DNA from: the human T2T-CHM13v2.0 reference genome, Homo sapiens
Length of the DNA: 64,000 nt
Strand: one strand, 5' to 3'
Assembly (NCBI RefSeq): GCF_009914755.1
Contig: NC_060934.1
Positions 26,941 to 41,193 of this stretch are shown one piece after another. The notes beneath the pieces were generated by a model. The model did not search any database. It worked only from the letters and a program-made list of their open reading frames with translations, and was not told where the DNA came from. Each line of letters opens with the position of its first letter. The first letter of the stretch is position 1. Made by a program: the position numbers and the translations under genes.

Positions 26941-27469
26941 TTTAATGAATGAGAAAATGCATTCACATCACATTTTAATAGGATTGTTCTCAGGAATGAT
27001 GGAGGCCATATTTATGAAAGGATTCCAGCATGGTTCTTGGCACATAGTAAACCCTCAGATATACCTGTATATGTGCGTGCGTGTGTGTGTGTGTGTGTGT
27101 GTGTATTTTAAATGCTCATCTTATACCAAGAACAAGTGACAATAAACATTTCAAGACAAGCGGCTGTATTTCAAATACTGACAGACCAGGGAGAATTTTA
27201 TGTTAGTCACTCAGACCTAGCAGCTAGTAGGAGATTGTGTTCCGGAAGAGCGGTCACGGCTAGAATGGAGTATGTAGGACAGCAATGCCAAGGTACTGTG
27301 TTCAGCGAGTGGCAGAAGCAGGGAGGAAACGGGGCTTGTTAGAGTGGATAAGGTCATGGAACTGCTGGGAAAGGGAGCAGGAAGGGTTGCCAGTGAGATT
27401 TCAAACACTATCTTCAATCCCTCAAGAATGAGACAGGGGAAGGAATAGAGGAAACATCCCAATTTATGA

Positions 27470-27766
<297 letters not shown>

Positions 27767-27959
27767 TTATTATGAAAACTTTATGAGAATTGAGGATCCC
27801 AGCAGAAAGTATTGAGTGTGTCTGGCATAAGTGGGGTTTTGGATTTTGGGTAAAGAGAGGCCTAGTTCCTGCTCTACACTCCATGCTTCTCTCCTAATCT
27901 CACAGCCTCAAAACTTCCTCTCCACAATGTCTCCGCCCTGATGGCCTGACGGAACATCA

Positions 27960-28900
27960 GGCCCTGGTTTCCTGCTACTCAATATTGACTTGGTGGTATC
28001 CACTAGCACCTGAAGTGTAAGAACTCCCCACTAAACTCATCCTCTCCTCTTGCTTTTTCAAATCCCTACTAATGGCAGCTTCCTGTATAAACACAATGGC
28101 ACTTTCAGTTTCTCGTCAACAGCTCAACACCCGTGGCCTTTTGGCTTTGCCATCACTTGTCTCCACATGAAATAATTGCTGAGTCCTGATGGTTTAACAG
28201 CCGCTGAGTCCTGATGGTTTAACAGCCGCAGCCTCCATCCCATTTGTGTCTTCATCCGGCTCTCAGAGGCTGTGTCTTCCTTTCTCTTCCTTCCCCAGTC
28301 TTACTTATCTATCAATTCTAGAAAATAGTTCAAAAAATAATGCAAATTAATGATGACCCTCAATTACTGAAAGTCTTTGATCGGCTCTCCTTTCTTGATG
28401 GTAAAATAACTACTCCTCCGTGTGACATTTCAAAGTACTATACTCCCATTCTGTCCACCTTTCTTTTTTTTTTGAGACAGAGTCTCACTCTGTAGCCCAG
28501 GCTGGAGTGGTGCAGTGGCGCAGTCTCAGCTCACCGCAACCTCCACCTCCCAGGTCCAGGTTCAAGCAGTTCTGCCTCGGCCTCCTGAGTAGCTGGGATT
28601 ACAGGCACGCACCACCATGCCCAGCTAATTTTTGTATTTTTAGTAGAGACAGGGTTTCACCATGTTGGCCAGGCTGGTATTGAACTCCTGACCTCGCGAT
28701 CCACCTGCCTCGGCCTCCCAAAATCTGTCCAGCTTTCTCTCAAGTCCCCTCTTTTGCTCACCTGGATTATTCATTGTTCTTTCGACAGGCACAGTGGCTT
28801 CTCCTTTAGTCACTTGTTCAGCCTCAGGTGCACTTTCCTTTCATCTCTCTTTCCACATGTCTGAATGCCTAACCTCTCTGCAAATAAATCCCAAAGCCTG
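27960..28900 (-). mobile_element. Highly decayed L2-like fragments
   Basis: Pyrimidine-rich with L2-like segments (ACTAAACTCATCCTCTCC, AGTCTTTGATCGGCTCTCC); weak. Confidence 0.4.
28464..28722 (-). mobile_element. AluS (Sg-like), 5'-truncated
   Basis: Lacks the first ~35 nt; TSD TCTGTCCA(C/G)CTTTC; small internal duplications GTGGTG and CCAGGTCCAGGT. Confidence 0.92.
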
Positions 28901-29271
28901 TCTCTTCCATTAGCCTCTCTGGATACCTCCCTCCTGTCAAGAGAAAAGATTGTTTTCTTCCTTTGAGTGAACAAAACACTGTCTAATTATCTGTGATAGC
29001 ATTCAACATGAATGAATTATCTACATTATAATGTGGTTATTTCTGTAAAGTCTGCAAGAGCTTAAATTTTTTTTTTTGGTTTGTAACAAAGCAGCTAGCT
29101 CAATATATTGCACATAGAAGATGCTCATTTAATGTTATAAAGCAAATAGCCAAGCACATTGTACATAGCAAATGTTCATTCAGATATAATCAAATGCATT
29201 TTCAAAATCTGTTCTGTATCAGATGATGTTAAAGTAGTGTGTATCTAATACTATGTAAATATAATTGAGTG

Positions 29272-30105
29272 CACATTTCACCAAACAAGAAATACGAAAG
29301 GCTAATAAGCACATATAGAGATGCTCAACATTAATAGTCATCAGGGAAATAAAAATTAACACCACAATGAGATATCACTACATACCCACTAGAATGATTA
29401 TTATAAAAAGACAGACAATAGCAAACAAACACTGGTGAGGTGCAGAGAAGCTTAAGCCCTTCGTACATTACTGATGGGAATATAAATTGTACTGCTGTTT
29501 TGGAAAACAGTTTGGCAGTACAATGTACATTTCCATCAGTATGTAAATTATTCATAAAATGTTAAACATAAACTTTCTAGAAAACCCACAAGTTCTAAAG
29601 CAAGAAATCTACTCACACAAAGACTTACATGCAAATGCTTATAGCAGTTTTCCTCATGATAGCCAAAAAGGGGAAACAATCCAAATATTCATCAACTGGT
29701 GATGGGAAAAATGAAACGGACCAGGTCTGTACAATGGGAAGTGATTCAGCAGTGCAGAAATAAACACTGATATGACTACAATACCTACAACGTGGAGGAA
29801 ACTTGAAAACATTAAGCTAAGTGAAGGTAGCCAGTCACAAAACCACATAGTATACGATTTCCTCTATATGAAATATTCCAGAACAGGCAACTCCAAAGAG
29901 ACAGAAAATAGATTCCTGGTTGCGTGAGCTTGTGGTGGGAAGGAGAAATGACTACAAATGGGCAATTGGGATTCTTTTGTGATTGTAAAATTGGATTGTG
30001 GTAATGGTTTCACAACTTTGTAAATTTACTAAAAAATCATTGAACCGTACAATTAAAATGGGGGAGTTTTATGGTATATAAACGAGACCTCCATAAAGCT
30101 GTTAG
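29272..30105 (+). mobile_element. L1M (L1MB/ME-type) 3' fragment
   Basis: GATGCTCAACAT..AGTCATCAGGGAAAT..ACCACAATGAGATATCACT (ORF2 end) followed by L1M 3'UTR. Confidence 0.88.
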
Positions 30106-31166
30106 AGAAAATCACTGGACTTCCAGGACATGCACCTTTATCTACTGGAAGAATAAAGTGAAACGTAGCTTCTTTTAAATAGTTTTCTAGCAGAAACATG
30201 CTCAAGTACCACAAAAGGATAAAATATATTATCTGTTTAGTTCTAACTTACTTATTATGTTTTGACAGAATAGTCATTTGGACTAAGACAACAAAATAGT
30301 TCTTTATGCAAGCTATTGAAATGGAAATAAATATTTAGAGAAAAATCACACAATCTTTTTAAGTAACAGTTCTGTAGAGATCTTAAATTTTCAACAATTA
30401 GGTTAGAAAGGAATGCTTTCACTAAGCCTTTATTGAATCTGATCCACTAGTTTGTTCATATAAATCGTCAGTACATAGCAGTCTTTTACTGATTAATTAT
30501 TCACCCCAAAGTCTATTAGCAAATATTTACCGCTTATAGCCTAATTAAAATAGAACCCAGGCTACTATTAAATAGAGGTCGTTCTAAAGCTCTTCTCAAG
30601 AGAAGTATAGACTTGGTTACCGGAGAATTGTCAAGGAAATCCTTCTCAGAGGGTAGTTATTTCAAAATTGATGAGTAATTTAAGGATATTAGCGGCATTT
30701 AACACTCTGAGTTCTAGTGTTTATTTAAATCAAGCATCGGATTCATTTAGGCTGGGTAATGAAGTAATCAGTAATGAGTAAAGAGCATTTTCATAAGAAA
30801 ACAGTAGCACCATGGGCATAAATGATGGTCTCCCCACCCCTGTGAGCCTGCGTCCTTGACAACATAATAGGCCGGTAGGAGACCCCACCTTTTGAGTTTG
30901 CAATGCCAGGTCTCTCGCCCCAGGGACTGTAAGCAGGTGCCTCTGGGATGAGCTCAGGGATTCTCAGAGGAGACCATCAGGCCCACCCTTCCGTCTCTCA
31001 AGGAGATTGGAGAAGCGTAATTGTTCTTTCTTCCACTTTACTGTATAAATTTGAATGTAATTCTGTCCCAACTTAGTTATCATCACTTCTGTGCTACCTT
31101 CTATGCATGTAAATTTGATGATAAATTGTTCTATAATAAATGGTTTCTCCCCTTCCCGTCCCCCAT

Positions 31167-31171
31167 CTCTC

Positions 31172-31250
<79 letters not shown>
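31167..31250. repeat. (TC)n microsatellite
   Basis: Long TC run with one CCC interruption. Confidence 0.97.
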
Positions 31251-31256
<6 letters not shown>

Positions 31257-31988
31257 AGTGCAGAGCATTCTTTTATTGGCAGGATTGTTTCATTTCTCCA
31301 ACACTGCATACCAGTGTTAGAGAAAGAATGTTAAAAAGTTTCAACAAAAGAGACTCTTAATGCTTTTCTGGACAAACATTGAGCTTCCTTTTAATTGTAC
31401 ATTCTCAGTTTCCTTCAAGCAGCCCTTTGGATGGCTACAGGGTTTTCTTCTCTGCCCTGCTGGGGACCAGGAGCTCCCATCTCCCTGTTTCTTCCCTGCT
31501 GACCTCAGGGCAATCTTGGAGGGGGCCTCGGGCTGTGCTCAAATATAAAACAAAGCTTGTAAAGTAGATGTGTGAAAAGAGGAATGCAGAGGTTTCCAAA
31601 CCCGTTACTTTCCTTCTCTTTTGCTGCAATGCAGTTTTATAAAACACGAAGTCTCGTTTGAAACTCTGTCTTATTGTTTACAACAGCCACTCACTGAAAA
31701 GGAGCCTTAGAATTATAAATAACCTTCGAAAACAATAACAACAAACAGCAAAAACTTTAATAAGGTCACAGACATGTTACTGTAGACCAAGTGCACTGTT
31801 GAGAGCGGACTGTTACTATGTTAGGTGCGGGACAGAAAGATTTCTAGAGAGCTTTGTGGAAGAGGTTTCCAGTAATTTAGCAACCAAGACAGTTTGTCGT
31901 TCAAGATATGACGAACTTTCTTCTTTTTGCTTATTAAAGTTGAACATTAAAAAACAAAAAACTGAAGATCTGTTAGTGAGTGTATTTG

Positions 31989-32792
<804 letters not shown>

Positions 32793-33071
32793 GAGAGGAA
32801 GTGAGAACACGCTCATTCCTATGCCTCGCTGTGGAGACTATAAAATGCAAAATCTCCCTAGGGAGGGATATAGAAGCAACAGCAGCAACACAAGCATATC
32901 AGTATGTAGGACATTTAATCCAGCAAGGGTTTTCTGGAAATTTGTCCAAGGATATAAGTATTTATAAACTGAAAGCTTTTCATATCATTGTATTTGGCAC
33001 TATGAAGAAATGGGAAAAATTCAAATGTCTAACAATGGTAGATTGGTTAAATAAATCATAGTATATTTATT

Positions 33072-33602
33072 TGTATCAGTTATTTATTGCTGTGTAAATA
33101 ATTGCCCCAAGGTACAGCAACTTAGAAAATTGACATTTCTTCTTCATACAGTTTTTGAGGGTGAGAAATCCAGGAGAAGTTTATCTATGTGGCTTGGGCT
33201 CAGGTTCTTCTATGAGGTTGCCATCAGGACACAGCCTGGGCTGCAGTCATCTGAAGGTTTGACTGGGGCAGGTGGATTCCCTAGTGAGGGAGTGCACTGA
33301 AGTATGTAACTGACAAGCTGGTGATGGTGGCTGCCACATGGCCAGGTGGACTTCTCCATAGGGCTGTGTGCATGGGCTCATGCCTTCCCTTAGAGTGATC
33401 TGAGAGAGAGAGATCAAGGAGAGAGCCTTTTAAGGCCTTATACAGCCCAGTCTTGAAAGTCACACATCTTGACTTCCAACAGACTCTATTCCTTGGAAAT
33501 GATTCACTTAATCCAGCCCACACCCAAGGCAAGGAGTAGAATCAGGCTCCTCTTAAAAGGGAGATATTTCAAACAATTTGAAGAAATATTTTAAAAGCAC
33601 AG
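33072..33602 (-). mobile_element. MLT1F/G/H-type MaLR LTR flanked by L1ME-like remnants
   Basis: TGTATCAGTTATTTATTGCTG start; GGGCTGCAGTCATCTGAAGGTTTGACTGGGGC hallmark. Confidence 0.75.
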
Positions 33603-33920
33603 CACCATATAATCAAAAACATTGCATTCATTTAAGTCATGTTGCAAAAATGCATCAAAAAAGTTATTCATAATATAATGTAGTTACAAACATACATTGC
33701 AAAACAGTATGTATGGTGAAATAAACCTATCTATCTCTATATATTTAGCATATAGTAGCCAAGAGCTTGGAGCTCTGTTGTTAGCATATTTTATGTACAA
33801 GCCCCTCCACGAGGAAATAACTTAGGAATTATGTACTCCAAAATATTAACAGTGATTTTATTTGCATTGGCACTTTAGCACTTTGTATGTTCTGATTTTC
33901 CTACAATGAGTGTGCACGAG

Positions 33921-34078
33921 TGACAGTGTGACATTGCAGTAAAGAACACAGGTTCTGGAGTTAGATCTGGATTTGAAGCCCAGTTATACCATTTACATGC
34001 TCTGTGGCCTTGGAAAAGTTAACCATCCTCTCTGTGCCTGAGTTTTCTCATCTGTAAAATAAGGGTGATAGTAATAAA
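33921..34078 (+). mobile_element. MIR
   Basis: TCTGGAGTTAGATCTGGATTTGAAGCCCAG..TGTGGCCTTGGAAAAGTTA..CTCTGTGCCTGAGTTTTCTCATCTGTAAAAT. Confidence 0.85.
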
Positions 34079-34456
34079 ATCTTTGGGAACTGCTAAAGCC
34101 TGACATCTGCCTCCACACATTTCAATTCAATTGGTCTAGGTGGCAACCTTTGCTTTCGGAAGCTCCTGGGAGATTTGAACCTGCTGTTGAGTTTGTGAAC
34201 CACTGAGATGGAGTTTCCACCCCTCCCCCATTGCTGGATTTCTTCACATAGGTCACGTTTTCACGTCTGTGCCAAATACACTAAATATGAGTTAGATGAC
34301 TTTGGGTGGTCCCTTCTTGCTAAATTTACAGAGAGGAAAAAAAGTACTGAGAACAAAAGTTAAATACAAATTTGCTATTGCAAAATGTAACCTTTTATGT
34401 CTAATGTTATTAATGTACTCTAGTAAGACTTTAGCTGTTAGAAAAGAGCTCAACAA

Positions 34457-34604
34457 GGCTGGGCGTGGTGGCTCACGCCTGTAATCCCAGCACTTTGGGA
34501 GGTGGAGGTGGGCGGATCACGAGGCCAGGAGATCGAGACCATTCTGGCTAACATGGTGAAACCCCGTCTCTACTAAAAATACAAAAAATAAATAAATAAA
34601 TAAA
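34457..34604 (+). mobile_element. Alu left monomer only, AluY-like
   Basis: Left arm with GATCACGAGG..GAGATCGAGACCAT.CTGGCTAAC, then (TAAA)n; TSD AGAAAAG(A/T)GCTCAACA at 34440-34455 and 34605-34620. Confidence 0.93.
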
Positions 34605-34724
34605 AGAAAAGTGCTCAACATTTGAACATTGTATCTTTTTTGCCTAGCTTCTTAGAACAGATAAATGCAATGTCAGATACATACAATGCTATTGTAAAGT
34701 GGTGTGCTGTATGCTAATTTTAGA

Positions 34725-34795
34725 CATACACGTGTGTGTATATGTTTGCGTGTGTATGTATGTATATTATATATATAAAAATATATAGTGGAAAA

Positions 34796-34833
<38 letters not shown>
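34725..34833. repeat. Compound (TG)n/(TA)n microsatellite
   Basis: Alternating purine-pyrimidine runs. Confidence 0.9.
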
Positions 34834-35636
34834 AAGAGAATTTGTTGCTGTTGTCCTGACATTGAAATAAGTTGCAAATAAGATTATTTTCAAATGGATA
34901 AGCACAAAATCCAACACTGAGACTGACTTTGGGCATTCCTAATTATTTTGAGTTCTACTGAGCTACATTTTCTTAACTTAGGTTTTGCAGAAAATTATCT
35001 GGCTGAATGAAATGTTGGGTAAATTGGCCATGGAATAAATGAAGCTGAGTACTGGGCTTGGCTTGGATACTACAGAATGCCCCTTTCTTGTGACAAGTCA
35101 CATGGATGCTAGACAATCCGTATTGGTATTGAGCGAAATGTAATTGAAAACCTCAGCACCACATCATAAGATCATGGAATTGCACCACTTTAGAGCTGGC
35201 AAATCCCTTAGAGATGATCTAGTCTAACCACCTAATTTTATGGATGAAGAATCCAGTAAAATACAGTTTGAGTTTGTCAGAAAATACATTTAACTGAGTA
35301 GAGCTTCCAGGAATCCTTCTCCCAGCTCAGCCCCATCATGGGGAGATAAAAACCAAGCAAACACTCATTTCTAAGTCTTGTATGTTGCACAGGACGTGTG
35401 TCTGAAACCCTTCTCTACTTATTTTTCTCCCAGCAGGTGAACCTGAGATGCTTCCAGGGGCAGGAGATGTCGGTGGCCTGTGGCCTGAGCAGGATGTGTC
35501 TTCCCTGAATGACAGGCCTATGATCCCATTAACATAGAAGCAGAAAATAAAAAATTAAGACACTTTACAAAGTAAAAGTGAAGTCAGAATTTTAAGAATA
35601 TGTTAGAGTTTTCCTTTCTTGTCCTTTTGTTCTTCA

Positions 35637-35944
35637 TTTTTTCTTTCTTCTGAGATAAGGTGTCACTGTGTCCCCCAGGCTTGAGTGCAGTGTCATGATC
35701 TTCGCTCACTGTAGCCCCCGCCTCCCAGGTTCAAGTGATCTGGCCGCTCAACCACCTGTGTAGCTGGGATTAGAGGAGTGTGCTGCGATGACTGGTTATA
35801 ATTACAATTATTATTATTATTATTTTGTATTTTTAGTAGAGATGGGGTTTCACCATGTTGCCTAGGCTATTCTTGAACTCCTGAGCTCAAGCAGTCCACC
35901 TGCCTTGGCCTCTCAAAGACAGGCATGAGCCACCGTGACTGGCC
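35637..35944 (-). mobile_element. AluJ
   Basis: Diverged antisense dimer, CTCCTGAGCTCAAGC, expanded (ATT)n linker. Confidence 0.9.
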
Positions 35945-35964
35945 TGTTGTACTTAAAAAAAAAT

Positions 35965-36835
35965 TATTAAAAAATATGGTTTTAGGTTCACAGAAAAATT
36001 GAGTGGAAGATACAGAGGCTTCCCCTATACCCCCTGTCCCCACACAGGCCCAGTCTCAGCCTCCCCAGCTATCAATTCCCCCACCAGAGAGTGCCTTTCT
36101 TCCGATCAATGAGCACACGTGGACACATCAGCACCTCCCGGAGTCCACAGCCTACATGAGGCTCACTCTTGGTGTCGTACATTCTATTAGCTTGGGCAGT
36201 TGTATAATGACATGGATCCACCATTACAGTAGCCTAAAGAGAAGTCTCATGGCCCTAAAAACCCTGTGTTCTCTACTTATTCATCTATCCTTCCTTCAGC
36301 CCCCGGAAACCACTGACCTTTTACCATCTCTACAGTTTTGCCTTTTCCAGAATGTCCTAGAGTTAGAATCATACAGAAGTCACCTGTATCTGATTGGCTT
36401 TTCCTTAGGAATGTGCGTTTAAGGATCCCCCATGCCTTTTCAAGGCTTCACAGCTCATTTCCTTTCATCATATTCCATTGCCTGGATGTTCCACTGTTTA
36501 TTTATTCACTCAGCCACTGCAGGACGTCTTGGTTTTCTCCATGTTTTCGTGATTATGAATAAGGCTGTTGTAAACATCCCTGTGCAGGTCTTTGTGTGGA
36601 CATGAGTTTTTAATTCATTGGAGAAATACCAGTAAGTGCAGTAGCTGGATCATAGCTTGAGAGTATGTTTAGTTTTATGAGAAACCGCCCCACTGGCTTC
36701 CACACTGGCTGCACTATTTTGTATTCCCACCAGCAACAGATGAGAGTTCCTGTTGCTCCACCTCCCCGGCAGCATTTGCCGTTGTCAGCGTTCTGGAATT
36801 TGGCTGTAGCAATAGGTGCATAGCAGTCCTGTCTT
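35965..36835 (-). mobile_element. L1MC/MD-type 3' fragment
   Basis: TTTTAGGTTCACAGAAAAATTGAGTGGAAGATACAGAG 3'UTR; TGTATTCCCACCAGCAA..GAGAGTTCCTGTTGCTCCAC ORF2 end. Confidence 0.85.
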
Positions 36836-37361
36836 GTACTTTTTGGTAGTATCTGACAGCTTGGAATTTTATAATCAATTAGTATTCTCTTTCTATTCTG
36901 GATTCTTTTTCTGAGACTTGGAAACAAGCAATTCGTGATTGTTCTCTGAGAGGTAAGATTTGGAAATCAACCCCTCACTGATGAGTCACCTCAAAGACAC
37001 AGAGCGGATCCTAAAAACTGTGGCCCATAATCATGGCCTAAGAATGGCATAAAATAGGAAGTTTGGTGGGTCCATGTCGGTGGTATTTAAGGAAAGGAAT
37101 ACCTTAAATACCGTCGGGAAGCCGGCCATCACCTCTAGGGCAGAGGGCATGGTTCTGGTGGAAGGTGTGTTTCCATGATCCTCCTGGCCTCCGGTTTCCC
37201 CCAGCTGAGCCTAGTTACTGTTTAGCCAAGAATTTCCATTTCTCACACAAATTGTCCACTAAACAACTGTTGAATAGCGTCCATCTCCATGCTCCAGGAT
37301 AATAGGACCTCATGTCTGGTTCCAAAGAGGAAATTTATGGCAGTAAGACAAGGATCCACCT

Positions 37362-38124
37362 TGTGAACCCAAAAGTATCTGTAACAGGTCCAACCCTGTG
37401 AACCCAAAAGTATCTGAGACAGGTCCCAGTCAATACAGAAAGATTATTTTGCCAAGGTTAAGGACATGCTGGTGACACAGCCTCAGGGGTTCCTGATGAC
37501 GTATGCCCAAGATGGTTGGGGCACTGTTTGGTTTTATAGGTTTTAGGGAGACATGAGACATCAATCAATATGTGTAAGATGTACATTGGTTTGGCTCAGA
37601 AAAGTGGGACAACTCGAAGTAGGGTCTTTCAGGTCATAGATAGATAAGAGACAAAAGGTTGCATTCTTTTGGGTCTTTGATCAGCCTTTCAGTGAAAACG
37701 CACTTTACGCGTGAGAGTGGTGTAGAGGAATAGTCACTGATACCTTATTCTGGCTCAGTGAATCTGCATTTTTAGATAAACAGTAGGTCAGAGGAAGCCG
37801 TCAGATGTGCATTTGTCTCAGGTGAGCAGAGGGATGACTTTGAGGTCTGCTTGTCCTTTGTCCCACACCTGTGAAGATAAGCTAGCAACTTACATTGCCA
37901 GGTTGAAATTCAACAGAACTGTTTTAGGGTAAAGATCTTGAGGCCCAAAAGGAATTTCCTTGTGGGTAAATTGTGAGGGAGGTGGGTAGCTTTTTTAAAA
38001 AAAAAATTGTAGCAATTTCATTTAGGAATAAAATGGGAGACAGGTTTGCTTTGTGCAGTTCCCAGCTTGACTTTTCCCTTTGGCTTAGTGATTTGGGGTT
38101 CCTGAGATTTACTTATTTTTTGCA
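37362..38124 (-). mobile_element. MER4(A)-type ERV1 solo LTR with a 35-bp terminal duplication
   Basis: TGTGAACCC..TCTGAGACAGGTC..TATTTTGCCAAGGTT, GACACAGCCTCAGG, GTTCCCAGCTTGACTTTTCCCTTTGGCTTAGTGA. Confidence 0.88.
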
Positions 38125-38469
38125 GCCCCAATGAGTCTGTTGATGTGAGTCTGCCCTTTCTGACCAGTCGGGTACTGGATCCCACATGGTGGAAGAATAG
38201 CCCCAAGCGTGGATTCATCAAGTCAGTGATGTGCAATGGGATTTTGGGGGACCAGCTTCCTATCTCCACCCCATATGCACCTATTTCCATTTTAACTTCT
38301 ACAGTTTCTAGGTAGCATTGGAAGGCAGGGATACCTCTTTATGTGAAGAAAGTATAGGTTGATTTAATGAACATTTTGAGACTTCTGAGAGGACATGTTG
38401 GAAGACAGAGCATAAACATTTTACATTTATTGATGCTTTTGATTTTTCAAAGCATTCATGTACACATTT

Positions 38470-38620
38470 TTGCATTTGCTCTTCATGACTATCCTGGAAG
38501 GTTGACTAGGAAGGTATTATTATTTCTGTTCCACAGCTCAGAAAAGTGAGGCTTGCAGAGGTCAGAAAGTGGAGCTAGATTTAGAGCCCAAGGGTCTTCA
38601 ACCCTAACCCAGTGCTCTTC
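38470..38620 (-). mobile_element. MIR fragment
   Basis: GGTATTATTATT..ACAGCTCAGAAAAGTGAGGCTTGCAGAGGT..AAGTGGAGCTAGATTT. Confidence 0.6.
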
Positions 38621-40104
38621 CTACAATATATTTTTAAAATTATTTAAAAATTTGCTAAAAGAGAACATAAAAATGACCTCAGAAGAGTCTGTAATATGGC
38701 TCCCTGAATTGCACCAATGGATTCAAATTGGGGGAATGAAGGGTGAAGATAATAGGAGCCCTTAAATCTTTGAGATTTTTAGCAACAAAAATCTGCCACA
38801 GACTTGCTAATGCAATGTTAGGATGTTGGCACTGCGGGTTCCCACGGAGAAGCTCGTTCATTCTAGAGGAAGACCTTTTTAGGGGATGGGTGAGCTGAGC
38901 AGAGGGCTAGGAGCCTCCGGGTTCCACACAGACCAAGAAGCATGGGGTGGTTTCAGAGGCTTTGTCATTATTTACAGATGACATCTGCTCTCTGAAAATC
39001 CTGATGCAGCCCAGGTTGCTTCTGGGTCTTCTCACTTCTCTCTCCTTTAAGGAGAGCAAGTTCTAGCCCTCCTGGGCTGTTAAGGAGAGGAGAGGACATG
39101 GCCACTTGGCTACAAAGGATGGGAGAAATGAAGAACCCGGGGTGGCAGCTCTCCAGGAGGTGAAGTGAACGCACTTTAACCTCAGACTTCCCCACCACCC
39201 TATTTACCAGGGTAAGTGGAAGTGGTAATTATTTTTAAGTAGCCAAAATATATTAGGCTACTTTTGTTCTATCAATAAATAAACATAAAGCTCCTCCTCA
39301 AACTCAGGATGTTCTCTGTGCATAAAATGCAACATACCAATTTTAAACCTGCACTGGTAGCATTGTTCATAATGGCCATTCCCATACATGCCATGAGAGG
39401 GATGATCTGTAGTTTATTCGAGGTATTCCATTAATTGGTGGCTGTCAACAGGAACCCAGCTGGTGAACTGCTAATGCACTATGAGACGAGGCTTTGAACA
39501 TTTCATAAACATTGTAAATAGCCTCTGTATAACTGATCATTGTTCATAATGGATTATTAAAATTGAAAAAAAATGGACTCCAATGAAGTAGGCTAATAGA
39601 GTGCATTTGATGGAAAATGTTTGCTTGTAGATTTGTGTTTTGGACTACATAATTGGCAATTTCAGGCAGGAACTGCGGTGGAACCCGTAATGTGCTGAGC
39701 ATTCTGCAGCTCAAATGTTAACATCTGGGGTAAAATATCTTTGGGGTGCACTGCTGAGAAAAGCTGTGGTCTCTGGGTCAAATGATGTTTCTGCGTGAAA
39801 GGGAGCATCAAGTTCCCATCCTCTACTCTAGCAGTTGGAGAAAGGGCGTTACTTAACATGTATTAAATGAGTCACTCATCAACATTTGAAGTTTCTTTGT
39901 GTGCAGATGCTTCAGTTAATCCATTTCTTAAACCACTGACTGTATTTCTCCTTTGAGTTTGATAGGATGCCTTTCATTAATGCTTAAACTAAATCAGCAG
40001 ATGGATGCAAAGAAAGAGGAGGGAAATCAATGCAGGACGACCCCTTCCCCTGTCTGCAGAGATCCTGGGCTAATGGGCCTCTAGATGTGGGCATTTTGGG
40101 CTTT

Positions 40105-40645
40105 TAGGGGAGTAAAAATTGCTTCCTCTTACCCTTCTAGGTCCTGTGGCTAGTTTAAGAATTTGATTGATACAAGATAGGTTAACAAGGGGAAACAATT
40201 TTAATGATGTACATATGCATGGAAATCCCACAAAAATAGGAGACTGAAAGAAGCAGCCACATGAGTGGGATTTATCTATGACCCTGAGCCACAGATGTGC
40301 ATGGGGGTTGGGGGCTTCCAGGGGAGTGGGAGGGGCAAATTATGGTTGGGCGAGAGGGGGTTTCCGGTGAAGAAAGGTTGCCTGGTGACGCAGATTAAGA
40401 GTTTCTCAGGTGCTTAAAGTTGTCTGAGAGCGGTTCTCTTCCTGGTATATATACCTTAACTACTGTGAATTTCCTTTATAAATGTAAATTTTCTTTACAA
40501 AAGGGGAAGTTTCTTCTTCATTTCAGACAGCTGAAAGGGAGATAAAGAACTTTTTCTGTGTCAGCTGGTTCTCAATTTCTTCTAACTCAAAATAATCAAC
40601 ATGCCAACATGGTGTATTTTAAGGTGCATGTTCTGAACTCCAGGA
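40105..40645 (-). mobile_element. MER34-family ERV1 solo LTR
   Basis: Reverse complement begins GGAGTTCAGAACATGCACC..AAATACACCA..TTGGCATGTTGATTATTTTGAG, like the MER34 5' end. Confidence 0.75.
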
Positions 40646-40652
40646 TGCATTA

Positions 40653-41193
<541 letters not shown>

